A stretch of 64,000 bases of DNA, taken from Bacteroidota bacterium (GTDB lineage Bacteria > Bacteroidota > Ignavibacteria > Palsa-1295). Positions 28,918-38,141 of this stretch are shown here, in pieces. The notes under the pieces were generated by a model, which worked only from the letters and a program-made list of their open reading frames with translations, was not told the DNA's origin and made no database searches. Both the position numbers and the translations under genes were made by a program. The DNA is taken from positions 711,233 through 775,232 of the forward strand of contig JAFDZW010000005.1 of assembly GCA_018266755.1 (NCBI GenBank). Direction: 5' to 3'. Position 1 is the first letter of the stretch. The number at the start of each line of letters is the position of its first letter.

Positions 28918-30727
28918 TAGTAACGATGCTACCGGATGATTGACCCGACGAACGCAGGCGCAACTTCTGCGCCTGCGTCTTCGTCATATATGACGGCGAA
29001 AACTCGTATGCGAGCAGTTCTAACTCCGCGTTGCCAGCCGAAAGTTCGATGCTGTAACGATTATTTCGATAATCGCTGAGTATATATCGGTGCGAGCCGT
29101 CCGGCTCAAGACGCCAGCGCGGATGAAAATGCAGATTCCATTCCACGGTCTCGTTCACATCGGCGACGAAACGGTCCTCGATCGCAAACTTCCCTGCTCC
29201 GATCCGGCAGAAGCGCGAATGAACATTCCGGTATTGGTCGTACGATGCTTCAACGGAAAACCCTGTGTCGGTGTCGTCGATCCGATCGATTCTTGCCGGC
29301 GAACTTGTCTTCATCCAGCCGAACCACTGCTTCAGTACGGCCCCGGTCCCCGAACCGAAGATGATACGATTATGCGCTTCGGCAACACGCAACGCGTCGC
29401 GCTCCGTAGGGTAACCGACGTACACATACGTCCCCGGATCGACGAGAATCGGCAACCCATCGAGGTACACCACCGGTGCGAGCAGATCGTCATGGGCATG
29501 CGAAGAAAAGCCATCGCCTCCCCACCCGAACTCTCCCGATCGCAAAAAGAGATAGTCACGTCCGAGTATTGCAGTAATATGCTGAGCCGTGGGAAACACG
29601 TTCAAGCGGTCGGTCGAGGGGTTTGGGTCGGCACCGAACACCACATCGCGCCAATCGCCTGCGAGTTCGATCGCTTTCCCGTTATCGAAGTCTCCGAACT
29701 TTACGATCCCTCCGTCGGTCGCAACAACCGAGTTACGGTAACGCTTCATTAACCGTGCTCGGTCTACCAGTCGTTGTGGGAGGGCAGCTCCAACGGTTGC
29801 GGCTGTTCGCTCGCAGAGCTCGACAAAATCGGTCACAAATCCATGATACCATCCCGATGCCTCCCGGCTTGCACCATCATTATACGTTTGCTCGAGTACA
29901 GCGTCAGTCAACACACGTATCCCGCGCGCTGCAATATCCTCCGAACCCGGGAAATCGAACAGCGACGAGACTACCACCATCCCCGCCGCCTCGCCGATGA
30001 GATGATTCGACCGGACGATCTTGTCGGTCGAGAGATCGGCGGAAAGAAATGTCAGTTGCTCCCAGATCGAACGTGCAATGCGTTCGTTCGTAAGCAAGAA
30101 GCCTGCGTCTGTGAGCAGACGAATCGTGGCCGTCCAACTGATGAGGCGTATTGCGATCTCAAGCGGACTCGACCAGTTGACACTTTGCATAAACGGATTG
30201 CCGTCGATCCACGAACCCATCCGATCGTATGCTTCGCTTGCATAACGTTCGTCATGAGTGATGTACGCCGCAATGCCTAGCGTCGGCAGATCTTTGAAGC
30301 GATTGATTTCCCATACAAGCTTCACATCTTTCGGCGTATCGGCCGAATGCACGCGTGTTTCTTCGTAGGTGCGTCGTGGCCAGGATGCCTTCTGCAACGG
30401 ATCGTAATTCCACGGATCGCTGACACCGCGAAGGCGATACGGAAACGAGAAGAAGAAATTTTCATCGCGCACCATCGCATCGGCGTGCTCGATGGCCGAC
30501 CGGGACACTTCTTCGCTCAGCGTCAGTGCCGGGCGTTTCGCTACCGAACGGAGTCGAACCGAATATACATCGGCAATGAGTGACGGGTTCAACCGCCGTT
30601 TCTTTGCTCGCTTTTCGACAAGCAGCCGTACGGTCCCGACGGGGCCGAGCTTACGCAATGCAAGGGAGAGTGTCGAAATTGCGCTCACTAAAAATTCGAT
30701 TCGTCGCGCCACTGCACGGCCTTCCAA
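28892..30727 (-). CDS. heparinase II/III-like protein
   Basis: WNYDPL...WEINRFKDLPTLGIAAYITHDERYASEAYDRMGSWIDGNPFMQSVNWSSPLEIAIRLISW matches the alginate-lyase-like N-terminal domain of heparinase II/III family proteins. A beta-sandwich C-terminal half follows. Confidence 0.7.
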   Translation of the reverse strand: MEGRAVARRIEFLVSAISTLSLALRKLGPVGTVRLLVEKRAKKRRLNPSLIADVYSVRLRSVAKRPALTLSEEVSRSAIEHADAMVRDENFFFSFPYRLRGVSDPWNYDPLQKASWPRRTYEETRVHSADTPKDVKLVWEINRFKDLPTLGIAAYITHDERYASEAYDRMGSWIDGNPFMQSVNWSSPLEIAIRLISWTATIRLLTDAGFLLTNERIARSIWEQLTFLSADLSTDKIVRSNHLIGEAAGMVVVSSLFDFPGSEDIAARGIRVLTDAVLEQTYNDGASREASGWYHGFVTDFVELCERTAATVGAALPQRLVDRARLMKRYRNSVVATDGGIVKFGDFDNGKAIELAGDWRDVVFGADPNPSTDRLNVFPTAQHITAILGRDYLFLRSGEFGWGGDGFSSHAHDDLLAPVVYLDGLPILVDPGTYVYVGYPTERDALRVAEAHNRIIFGSGTGAVLKQWFGWMKTSSPARIDRIDDTDTGFSVEASYDQYRNVHSRFCRIGAGKFAIEDRFVADVNETVEWNLHFHPRWRLEPDGSHRYILSDYRNNRYSIELSAGNAELELLAYEFSPSYMTKTQAQKLRLRSSGQSSGSIVTIELTRSSQ

Positions 30728-31194
30728 GGATCGGAGGCTTGTGAACGGACAAGGTGAAAGACAGCCCGGCCATCGGTATGCAACACATCACTCGATGTCA
30801 GCGTGATATCGAGAGAAAACGCGCGTGTGACGTCATAGACCGTATCGGCGCCGACAGAGTCGATGATATTCCCCCATAACAGATCAATCTCGCTGGTATT
30901 TGCAAAGAGCGCTCCGGTATGCAGCATTTCCTCGTCGCGCCCCCATTGCAGATCTAGGCCGCGATCATAATTGTGATAACTAAATACGAACTGCGGATCG
31001 AGCAGTTGGCCATAGAGGGTGGTGTCGCGAAATTGATATGCTGAACGGAATGCCTGGAAGTATCCGTCGATCGTATGCGGGTCGCCGAAGGAGTTTTGCG
31101 GAAGGCTCTCGTCAAGTGTCGGCGAAAACGGATTGCAGCTCACCACGAATGCGGCGAGCACCAGCAACGGCAGCCATCGAGAGTACCGCTTCAC
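30688..31194 (-). CDS. hypothetical lipoprotein
   Basis: MKRYSRWLPLLVLAAFVVSC is a lipobox. Confidence 0.5.
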   Translation of the reverse strand: MKRYSRWLPLLVLAAFVVSCNPFSPTLDESLPQNSFGDPHTIDGYFQAFRSAYQFRDTTLYGQLLDPQFVFSYHNYDRGLDLQWGRDEEMLHTGALFANTSEIDLLWGNIIDSVGADTVYDVTRAFSLDITLTSSDVLHTDGRAVFHLVRSQASDPWKAVQWRDESNF

Positions 31195-31814
31195 GATGAC
31201 AACTGTACTTTGAGATCGGTGAATGTCTTTGCCGAAGTCGTGCCGGCGAAATCACTCCAGGACACGATACGCCACTCTTTCGTCCCTTGCTCCGTCGTGA
31301 CGAGCTGTGCTTGAAAGATCAGCGATCCCGCGATAGAAGACGGAAGGGTCGAGTTTGTCTGTGTCGGAAGCAACACAGAATAATCTACAGCAATGCGCGC
31401 TTGCGTAGAGCTTGTTTGGTCGATCTGTTCGTTCGAGAGTGTCACGCTCAGCCGTGGGTTACTCACAAGAGAGGCACGAAGTTTCGTCAAAAACGACTGC
31501 TCCGATTGGACGGTCCACGCATCGAAAAGGCTGCGCGAGGCCTGGTCCAATCCCGCTCGCGGACTAAAGCTATATTGTACAGCGCCGCTGACAGCCGTAT
31601 CCTGAGCCGAAACAAAGCAACGCGAGTAGTTTGCGGCGTCGACCGCTTGAAGCGAACCGCTAAAATCTTCTACCAGAGTATTTGGTGTTGCCGCGGGAGT
31701 CCAGACAAATGTCGAGCCGAGATCGGGAGATTCGGGAGTACGCGTCGTGAACAGGTCGCAGCCTGCGAACGCAAGCGCGACGATCATCGCAACCACCGGC
31801 CCAAGACTACGCAT
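31191..31814 (-). CDS. hypothetical lipoprotein
   Basis: MRSLGPVVAMIVALAFAGC is a lipobox. There is a 4-nt overlap with the downstream gene. Confidence 0.5.
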   Translation of the reverse strand: MRSLGPVVAMIVALAFAGCDLFTTRTPESPDLGSTFVWTPAATPNTLVEDFSGSLQAVDAANYSRCFVSAQDTAVSGAVQYSFSPRAGLDQASRSLFDAWTVQSEQSFLTKLRASLVSNPRLSVTLSNEQIDQTSSTQARIAVDYSVLLPTQTNSTLPSSIAGSLIFQAQLVTTEQGTKEWRIVSWSDFAGTTSAKTFTDLKVQLSS

Positions 31815-32541
31815 CCTTTCTGGCAACGATAATCACGCGCGGAGAACTCCCCTCATCGAAGGCGGCGCCGTCATAATTACCGAACACCTCGGCAATGTGC
31901 AAGCCCTGTCGGGTTATCATCCCCTCGATCTCAGCGCGAGTGAATAGCCGGACGGACTCCTGAAATTCTTTTACGCCGGCATCCGTCTTGATCACGATCT
32001 TCTTATTTACTCGTGCCCCGTCGATCTGGCGGTATTGATCGACAGGCTCGCCACACTCGAGCGTACTTTGTGAATGCGGAATGAGCGTCGCCCGAACGAC
32101 CGAGGCGTTGAAGTAGTCGATCACGAAACAGCCGCCTGCTTCCAACCCTCCGGCGACATGGGCGATGACTTCCTCATTTTCCAAATCGTGCTCGAAGTAA
32201 CCGAAACTCGTAAATAGATTTACGATGAGATCATACGTCCCGGTGAACTCTCGCATATCACGATTGACAAAGGTGACATGCACGTGTGCCTCTTCTGCCG
32301 ATTCGCGAGCTTTCCGAATTAGCGTGGGCGAGAGATCAACGCCGGTCACATGTGTATATCCTCGTTTGGCGAATGCGATAGAATGGCGCCCCGCCCCGCA
32401 GGCCAAATCCAGGATACGCGCGTCTTTGTGCGGGTGGACTGTCCGCTCGATCAGATCAAGCAGCTTCGATGCATCTTCTGCGTTCCGATGCTGATAGAGC
32501 GCCAGGTAATGTTCGTCAGCGAACCAGTCCTTATACCACAT
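31807..32541 (-). CDS. class I SAM-dependent methyltransferase
   Basis: ILDLACGAGRHSIAFAKRGY.HVTGVDLS is methyltransferase motif I. Confidence 0.8.
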   Translation of the reverse strand: MWYKDWFADEHYLALYQHRNAEDASKLLDLIERTVHPHKDARILDLACGAGRHSIAFAKRGYTHVTGVDLSPTLIRKARESAEEAHVHVTFVNRDMREFTGTYDLIVNLFTSFGYFEHDLENEEVIAHVAGGLEAGGCFVIDYFNASVVRATLIPHSQSTLECGEPVDQYRQIDGARVNKKIVIKTDAGVKEFQESVRLFTRAEIEGMITRQGLHIAEVFGNYDGAAFDEGSSPRVIIVARKDA

Positions 32542-32639
32542 GGGTCGGTCGTTGGTGAGCGGTCGTTTGTGAATGAAGTCAGTGACAGTAGTTAGACGTT
32601 ATTATGTACTCATCTTACTTTCCGGTCACAGCCTGCTGA

Positions 32640-33239
32640 TCACGCTAGGAGTCTTCCTTCCAATGCCTTTGCGATCGTCGCGTCGTCGACGAATTCGAGG
32701 TCCGAGCCGATCGGGATGCCTCGAGCAATGCGGGTGACTCGTGGGACGATATTTTGCAAGAGTTTCGCGAGGTAGAGCGTCGTGGCTTCGCCTTCGATAT
32801 TCGGATCGAGGGCAAGAATAATCTCCTTCACCCCCTTCTCCGGAGTTAAGCGGTGCAGCAGTTCGCGAATCTTCAATTCTTCCGGGCCGATCCCGTCGAG
32901 CGGAGAGAGAGAGCCACCGAGTACATGATATAACCCTTTGAATTCGTTGGTGCGTTCGATGACCAGCACGTCGTTCGGCTCTTCGACGACGCAGATGACC
33001 GACTGGTCTCGGCGCGCGTCACGGCAGATCGGGCATGGATCCTCTTCGGTAATGTTCGCACACACCGAACACGTACGGACCCGTTCCTTCAAATGATAGA
33101 GCGCCTCGGCAAGCGACTTCGCGTAATCGTCGGGCTGCTTGAGCACATGCAACGCCAGTCGCTGCGCCGTTTTTCGACCGATGGTCGGCAGCGATGACAG
33201 CCGTTCTATGAGCGTTTCGAGTGCGGGGGATGTATAGAG
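32640..33239 (-). CDS. recR: recombination protein RecR
   Basis: MLYTSPALETLIERLSSLPTIGRKTAQRLALHVL (HhH), CSVCANITEEDPCPIC (C4 zinc finger), Toprim DxE/DPNIEGE. Start re-assigned to MLYTSP. Confidence 0.9.
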   Translation of the reverse strand, partial: LYTSPALETLIERLSSLPTIGRKTAQRLALHVLKQPDDYAKSLAEALYHLKERVRTCSVCANITEEDPCPICRDARRDQSVICVVEEPNDVLVIERTNEFKGLYHVLGGSLSPLDGIGPEELKIRELLHRLTPEKGVKEIILALDPNIEGEATTLYLAKLLQNIVPRVTRIARGIPIGSDLEFVDDATIAKALEGRLLA

Positions 33240-33450
33240 CATTACTATAGGATTCGAGCACAATGAATACGGTTTCGTCACTCGGGCATCGCGCTTCGAA
33301 CCCGCCTATTCACGTGCGTTGTCTACGATTGAATGAGTTTACGTAACATCGTTCAGGGACATTCCGTTAGCACTCGGACCGAGGATATATTTTTTCGAGG
33401 GAAGCGACATCGGCGTATCGAACGTGAATCCATACACTGCACCCGAGTGC

Positions 33451-33780
33451 TCAGACTCCGAACGGCATTCCCGGAATATTCGGCATGAATTGCTTTGCAA
33501 CGGCATTCACTTTTTCTTCCGAAAGCTCTTTTGCCATCGCAAGCGCGCGGTTAGCAGCCGCAACGACGAGATCTTCCAACATTTCCCGTTCGTTCGGATC
33601 GATGACCTCTTTCTCGAACGAGATCGAGACGATCTGTTGCAGACCGTTGGCCGTGACCTTGACCATCCCTCCCCCCGCTTCGGCGGTGGCCGTAATGGTA
33701 GCAAGTTCTTTTTGAGCCTTCTCCATCTCGGCTTGCATCTGCTGCAGTTTGCCGAGAGCATTCATCATATCGGGGTTCAT
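33451..33780 (-). CDS. ybaB: nucleoid-associated protein YbaB/EbfC
   Basis: MNPDMMNALGKLQQMQAEMEKAQKELATITATAEAGGGMVKVTANGLQQIVSISFEKEVIDPNE...LEDLVVAAANRAL. Start re-assigned to MNPDMM. Confidence 0.85.
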   Translation of the reverse strand: MNPDMMNALGKLQQMQAEMEKAQKELATITATAEAGGGMVKVTANGLQQIVSISFEKEVIDPNEREMLEDLVVAAANRALAMAKELSEEKVNAVAKQFMPNIPGMPFGV

Positions 33781-33918
33781 TGGAGTGAGTGCGTTTGAAT
33801 GGTATTCGTTCATGCAAACGAGGAGGGCGAAAGATTGGTTGAGCAATGCCGATGCACGTCATTTCCCGTGTCTAGCCGTATTTCCGGCAAAGAATGAACA
33901 CTTGTATTGCGCACCTGC

Positions 33919-33961
33919 GGGATGTCCGCTTGCGAGGCCACGATCTCACGGCGGACATCCC
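33919..33961 (-). terminator. 11-bp inverted repeat (GGGATGTCCGC...GCGGACATCCC, 21-nt loop) immediately 3' of the 843-aa ORF
   Basis: Seen directly in the sequence. No U-tract on the minus strand, so function as an intrinsic terminator is doubtful. Confidence 0.3.
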
Positions 33962-33988
33962 TTGCTTGTGCGAGCTGTATCCCACAGA

Positions 33989-36283
33989 TCAAACGTTGCT
34001 GACTGCGAATGCATTTACGTCGGATGCGTCATAGACCTCGGAACCATCGTTATAGAGTCGATAGGTCCCATCGGTTGCAAGCGCCGCGACGTAGAGATTT
34101 TCTGAAAGAGCCGCTTGCCCCGGGCAAGTACCCAGTAACTGCTGGATCGGAACATCCTGTGTAAAGACTCCGCCACTAAGTGCGAATCCATCAACCCCGG
34201 AGATCACATATCCATTTGCAGCTACCCCCGTCGATTCGGTGTTGTTGCCCTTGATGACCGAGAAGCTGAACGTCGCAAAATTACGCGGATGCGAAGCGAT
34301 GTAGCTGATCCGAACACCTTGCGCGAGATTTGTGTACTGGATGAAGCCGCATTTGCCGGATTTCACCGGTTGACCGTTCTGATATACCAGATTTCCGGCT
34401 CCATCGGTCAATAGCACATCCTGAATATCGGCAACGCACGGTGCATTATCGATACGCACCTTGAACGAGAGACTCAATGCATTATTGAGATTCCCTCCAT
34501 CAAGCCGCAGATCGTAGTTCGGCGCATCGACCGAGTTGCCGGTATTATTGTAATCCGATACTTGGAATACCTGCTTCGGTACCGAGACAACCTGGAACAC
34601 CCCGTTATTGTCGAGATGAAGTAATTCAAGGTCGAAACGGTACAGGCCGTCTTGAAGCGAATGCGAATCGAGCGATGCACTCCAGAAGTCCGGGCTGGTC
34701 CATTGTATGGTCAATGCTTTATCGGCAGCAGGGACGAGCGGCTCTTGATAAATATCCCAATGCGGGATCTTATAGCCGATATTCTCCCCCGCACCATCGG
34801 CGCCGAGCGTGACGGAATGCGTTTCGAAATGGAAATGACCGGCTACTTGCGTGATAACATAATAGTCCTTTGAGACTGCACCGTTTATCACCGTCGTAGG
34901 CGGATTGAGTATGTCGTTGAGATTCTCATCCTTGATGCGTGTCTTCTTCCAACGATAGTGTGTAATCGTATTCGTCGGCAATCCATCGCCAAAGAGCAGA
35001 CGGAAATTGAGTCTGCTTCCGAACGGACTGATTCGATGCGCGTCGATTATATCTGTACAGCCGACATTGCGCATATTCACCCCCTGCACATTGACGGTGT
35101 TAAGGTCGTTCTGTTCGATGTGCAGCGCCGTCGCGTTCCAACCGATCGACTTGAACCACACGATCTCACCGACCGCTTGATCGTCGCAATTGCACGGCAT
35201 CACGCGCGGGTCGGTAATCTTGATCGAAATGACCGAGCCGCAATCGTAATTCCAATATGTATGACACGGCAACGCCGGTTTGTAGACCGTCACCCATTGC
35301 CCGTTAATATTTACCTCTACCCAGAAGTACAGATTCAACGGCCCATCTTCGAGCAGCGTGTTCTCCCAGAGTTCGAAGTGCCCATTGCAGTCGGTGTACA
35401 CAATGGTCTCTTCATCGTACGTATAGATCCATGGCCAAATCCACGGCCAGAGGCAGATATACGGGTATAGAATGTCGTGGTAATCGTAGAGTGCACTGCG
35501 CACGGCCGAGACAGAGCCGGAAGACATTGCCATCGCTACTTCTTCGGGTAACGGTGGAAGCGCTTGTAACCTCAGCGACTCTTGCAACGGCTCCGACGCC
35601 CGAAGCGAGTTCAGCGGAACGTTCATCTTCTGCATCCGCGCGATCTCACGCCCGGCAGTCTTACCGGACGATTGCGTTCGAGCAAGCTCCGAAGCAGCAC
35701 TCTGGCGGTACGGATCGGGTGGAAACGGCGGTACTACCTTGATCACTTCACGAAACTTATCGCTGATCTCCTGGATGATCCAGTCCGGAATCTGTCGATA
35801 ATAGATCGGGATGTGTGGCAGCACGAGTTCGGTCTCGACCTCGCAGATATGCACACGGGCATTACACACGGGCAGTGTTTTCCACTGGCCGTCGATGAAA
35901 AAATCCTTCGTGATATTACCCGAAATAAGGCAATTCCCCCAAAACCACGGCTTCAATGCTCCGCTCGGGATGCGGGATACATCGATGAATGTTCGGTCGG
36001 TAAATGCCTTCGTGACTTGATACGCACCTGCTTTTCGCAGATCTCGTTCATTGAACGACGAGGCCTCGGTCCCCTTCGGCAGGCCGGGAGCAATGAATAT
36101 TTTCGCACCACCTTTTAGCGTCGGCGCTGGTGTCTTCAGTCGTGCTTCGAGTCCGTCGAAACTGCTGGCCTCGATAATGCGCCCAGAGTTGTCGGTGACG
36201 AATACATGTAGATTGTCGGTCTTCTTAATGCCGGAATCCGCAGATATGCGGATGACGATCGACCCGTTCGTGTCGGTTCTCAT
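33989..36283 (-). CDS. large orphan protein (765 aa from the ATG at 36283; up to 843 aa if the GTG at 36520 is used), Trp/Cys-rich central segment, no signal peptide
   Basis: Long uninterrupted minus-strand ORF with host-like codon bias. Contains ILYPYICLWPWIWPWIYTYDEE and several Cys pairs (PCHTYWNYDCG, PCNCDD). The C-terminal half is beta-rich (G/N/S/T/V). It is the last gene of the S8/peptide/LuxR island. Confidence 0.55.
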   Translation of the reverse strand: MRTDTNGSIVIRISADSGIKKTDNLHVFVTDNSGRIIEASSFDGLEARLKTPAPTLKGGAKIFIAPGLPKGTEASSFNERDLRKAGAYQVTKAFTDRTFIDVSRIPSGALKPWFWGNCLISGNITKDFFIDGQWKTLPVCNARVHICEVETELVLPHIPIYYRQIPDWIIQEISDKFREVIKVVPPFPPDPYRQSAASELARTQSSGKTAGREIARMQKMNVPLNSLRASEPLQESLRLQALPPLPEEVAMAMSSGSVSAVRSALYDYHDILYPYICLWPWIWPWIYTYDEETIVYTDCNGHFELWENTLLEDGPLNLYFWVEVNINGQWVTVYKPALPCHTYWNYDCGSVISIKITDPRVMPCNCDDQAVGEIVWFKSIGWNATALHIEQNDLNTVNVQGVNMRNVGCTDIIDAHRISPFGSRLNFRLLFGDGLPTNTITHYRWKKTRIKDENLNDILNPPTTVINGAVSKDYYVITQVAGHFHFETHSVTLGADGAGENIGYKIPHWDIYQEPLVPAADKALTIQWTSPDFWSASLDSHSLQDGLYRFDLELLHLDNNGVFQVVSVPKQVFQVSDYNNTGNSVDAPNYDLRLDGGNLNNALSLSFKVRIDNAPCVADIQDVLLTDGAGNLVYQNGQPVKSGKCGFIQYTNLAQGVRISYIASHPRNFATFSFSVIKGNNTESTGVAANGYVISGVDGFALSGGVFTQDVPIQQLLGTCPGQAALSENLYVAALATDGTYRLYNDGSEVYDASDVNAFAVSNV

Positions 36284-36676
36284 GGTTGGTAATCGTGTTG
36301 ATGCACTGCCTACTCTTATGGTCCGGTTTTCGGCAAACCCGGCGAGGAGCAGACGATGAAGAGCGCAGAGCGGACTATGCTGCAAACTATACTGGCGGAT
36401 TCGTTCGTGTTTGAGGTGAAACGCCGAACCGCACAGGCATACTCCTGCGATATATTTTCCCCCATCTCTCGCTATCACGGCGATCGCACATCTGGGGAGG
36501 CGGTGCGATGTCTTACTCACTCAGAAAAGCGCCATGCCATGATCCCTCGCGGATAGTGGACCGACGTGACGTGGCAAGTGTGTAGGCTTCACCACGATCT
36601 GCTAGCCGCGATCGAAACTCATAGGCACCGTCTGCAAACCTACGACGGACGAATCACTTTCCACCTCACGAAAACC

Positions 36677-37057
36677 TCATGATTGAGGAATTATCATCTC
36701 TTGTGTTGCGCCGATGACGCCGAGAAGAAAGCTATGAAGATGCTGCGACGGTGTGAGCGAGAATTTACGCCGAATGTTGCTTCGATGATTCTCGACGCTT
36801 CGCTCGGTAATCGAAAGCACCTCGGCGATCTGCCAACTCGGCATGGCCTCGAAGAGCATGGCGCAAATTTCGAGCTCCGTTCTCGACAGCGTCGGAAACA
36901 ATCGTGCAAGTTCGCCGAGGAAGTGGGGATGCCGCTGGCGAAATTGTTCTTCAAATTTGAGCCACCCAAGCCGATGCTTGCGGCGTGCTGTTCTGCTCCT
37001 TCCGTCTTTTGTTGTCGGCTGGGGGGTCACCGCAACGCTGGTCAATGTACTAAACAT
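36677..37057 (-). CDS. LuxR/GerE-type HTH transcriptional regulator (small, HTH-only)
   Basis: The C-terminal LSRTELEICAMLFEAMPSWQIAEVLSITERSVENHRSNIRRKF is a LuxR-C HTH signature. Confidence 0.7.
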   Translation of the reverse strand: MFSTLTSVAVTPQPTTKDGRSRTARRKHRLGWLKFEEQFRQRHPHFLGELARLFPTLSRTELEICAMLFEAMPSWQIAEVLSITERSVENHRSNIRRKFSLTPSQHLHSFLLGVIGATQEMIIPQS

Positions 37058-37262
37058 AGTTGTATCCTTGATGCTGATGAATGAAAATCGTTATAAAGCA
37101 ACGTCTGGTCTTCTAATATACGGCAATAATTTCTTGTTGACAATGAAATCTTAGGGCCCGGGCATCCGCATGAGTTTATGATCCTCGCTCGTGCCATCCG
37201 GCTGCCAATTTTATCTGCCGGCACCCTATCGTGCTCCGTTGGGAGTGTATCATTGCCAAACG

Positions 37263-37296
37263 CTCACCGACTGCAACAGATATTGCAGTCGGTGAG
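37263..37296 (-). terminator. perfect 14-bp stem hairpin (CTCACCGACTGCAA-cagata-TTGCAGTCGGTGAG) 47 nt downstream of Cys-rich peptide gene A
   Basis: Seen directly in the sequence. On the minus strand it is followed by CGUUUGG. This is the typical position of an attenuating terminator after a precursor/structural gene. Confidence 0.5.
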
Positions 37297-37342
37297 ACAT
37301 CGGCATGTATTCGCGAATAGATACAGCGCGCGATTCTGGCAA

Positions 37343-37648
37343 TTAACACCAGCCGACGCTGTCGCTCCAGATCTGCTTACCCAGCACCGTTACTGTTGCC
37401 GAAGCGCCAGTCGGGATACCGATGTGTGTGCAAATATTCGCACACGCCTGAGCGGATGCACCGCTCGGTACCCATGACGGAACCGGAATGCAGATGCTGC
37501 CGATGACCGGCAAACTGAAGCAGAGTTTTCCGTTATTCACAGTTGCGGAGACACATGTGCTATAGTCGCTTGCCGTCACGGAAGCGTCTGTCGCATACAT
37601 ACCCGCGCTGCCCCGCAGAACCGGAGCTGCTTGAATTGGAATAGTCAT
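37343..37648 (-). CDS. Cys-rich small protein A (101 aa, 6 Cys, C-terminal Cys), paralogue of B; candidate precursor peptide
   Basis: ATG start with an AAGGAAA RBS 6-7 nt upstream. Sequence MTIPIQAAPVLRGSAGMYATDASVTASDYSTCVSATVNNGKLCFSLPVIGSICIPVPSWVPSGASAQACANICTHIGIPTGASATVTVLGKQIWSDSVGWC. It shares the N-terminal M-x-IPIQA-x-P and the C-terminal SGA.SA..Q.CA...C block with protein B. Confidence 0.6.
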   Translation of the reverse strand: MTIPIQAAPVLRGSAGMYATDASVTASDYSTCVSATVNNGKLCFSLPVIGSICIPVPSWVPSGASAQACANICTHIGIPTGASATVTVLGKQIWSDSVGWC

Positions 37649-37734
37649 AGTGGTTTCCTTGATAACATGAATGTGATGGAATCACCGCCGATGCCGGACA
37701 CGAACTTCGCCTCCGACACCCGACGACTGTTGCC

Positions 37735-38106
37735 TTAGCAAATATGGACGCCCGCACAGATCTGCTGCGCTGCACTTTGCGCACCCGACCAGCTCTTGAG
37801 CGAATCGCACCCGAACTGTTCGCAGATCGCATCAAGCGTTGCATCGAGGATCGGACACACGACATCCCCGATTGGGTCTTCCGGTCCGAGGAATGCAACT
37901 TCGCATGCCGCGCCTGCCGCGATACCTACGCCAGTACACCCAAGCCAGCATGTTCCATTCGCTGCGGTGTAGATCACTCCGGCAAGCACATCGGTACAGA
38001 CCGAACACCCGTCCTGCGGCATCACGGATCCGCCATGCGTTCGTCGCGACAGCTTCGATGTATGTCGCATCCGCTCAATCGGCCTCGCTTGTATGGGAAT
38101 TCTCAT
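37735..38106 (-). CDS. Cys-rich small protein B (124 aa, 10 Cys, C-terminal Cys), paralogue of A; candidate precursor peptide
   Basis: ATG at 38104-38106 with a GAAAGG RBS about 11 nt upstream, 35 nt after the S8 stop. Sequence MRIPIQARPIERMRHTSKLSRRTHGGSVMPQDGCSVCTDVLAGVIYTAANGTCWLGCTGVGIAAGAACEVAFLGPEDPIGDVVCPILDATLDAICEQFGCDSLKSWSGAQSAAQQICAGVHIC. The track ORF extends further upstream, but homology with A supports this start. Confidence 0.55.
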   Translation of the reverse strand: MRIPIQARPIERMRHTSKLSRRTHGGSVMPQDGCSVCTDVLAGVIYTAANGTCWLGCTGVGIAAGAACEVAFLGPEDPIGDVVCPILDATLDAICEQFGCDSLKSWSGAQSAAQQICAGVHIC

Positions 38107-38141
38107 TGGAATGAGCCTTTCGTATTCGTAGTGACACGATC

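Noticed and set aside
33919-33961. 11-bp inverted repeat after the 843-aa ORF as an intrinsic terminator
   Set aside because: No U-tract follows on the transcribed (minus) strand. It is retained only as a low-confidence feature.
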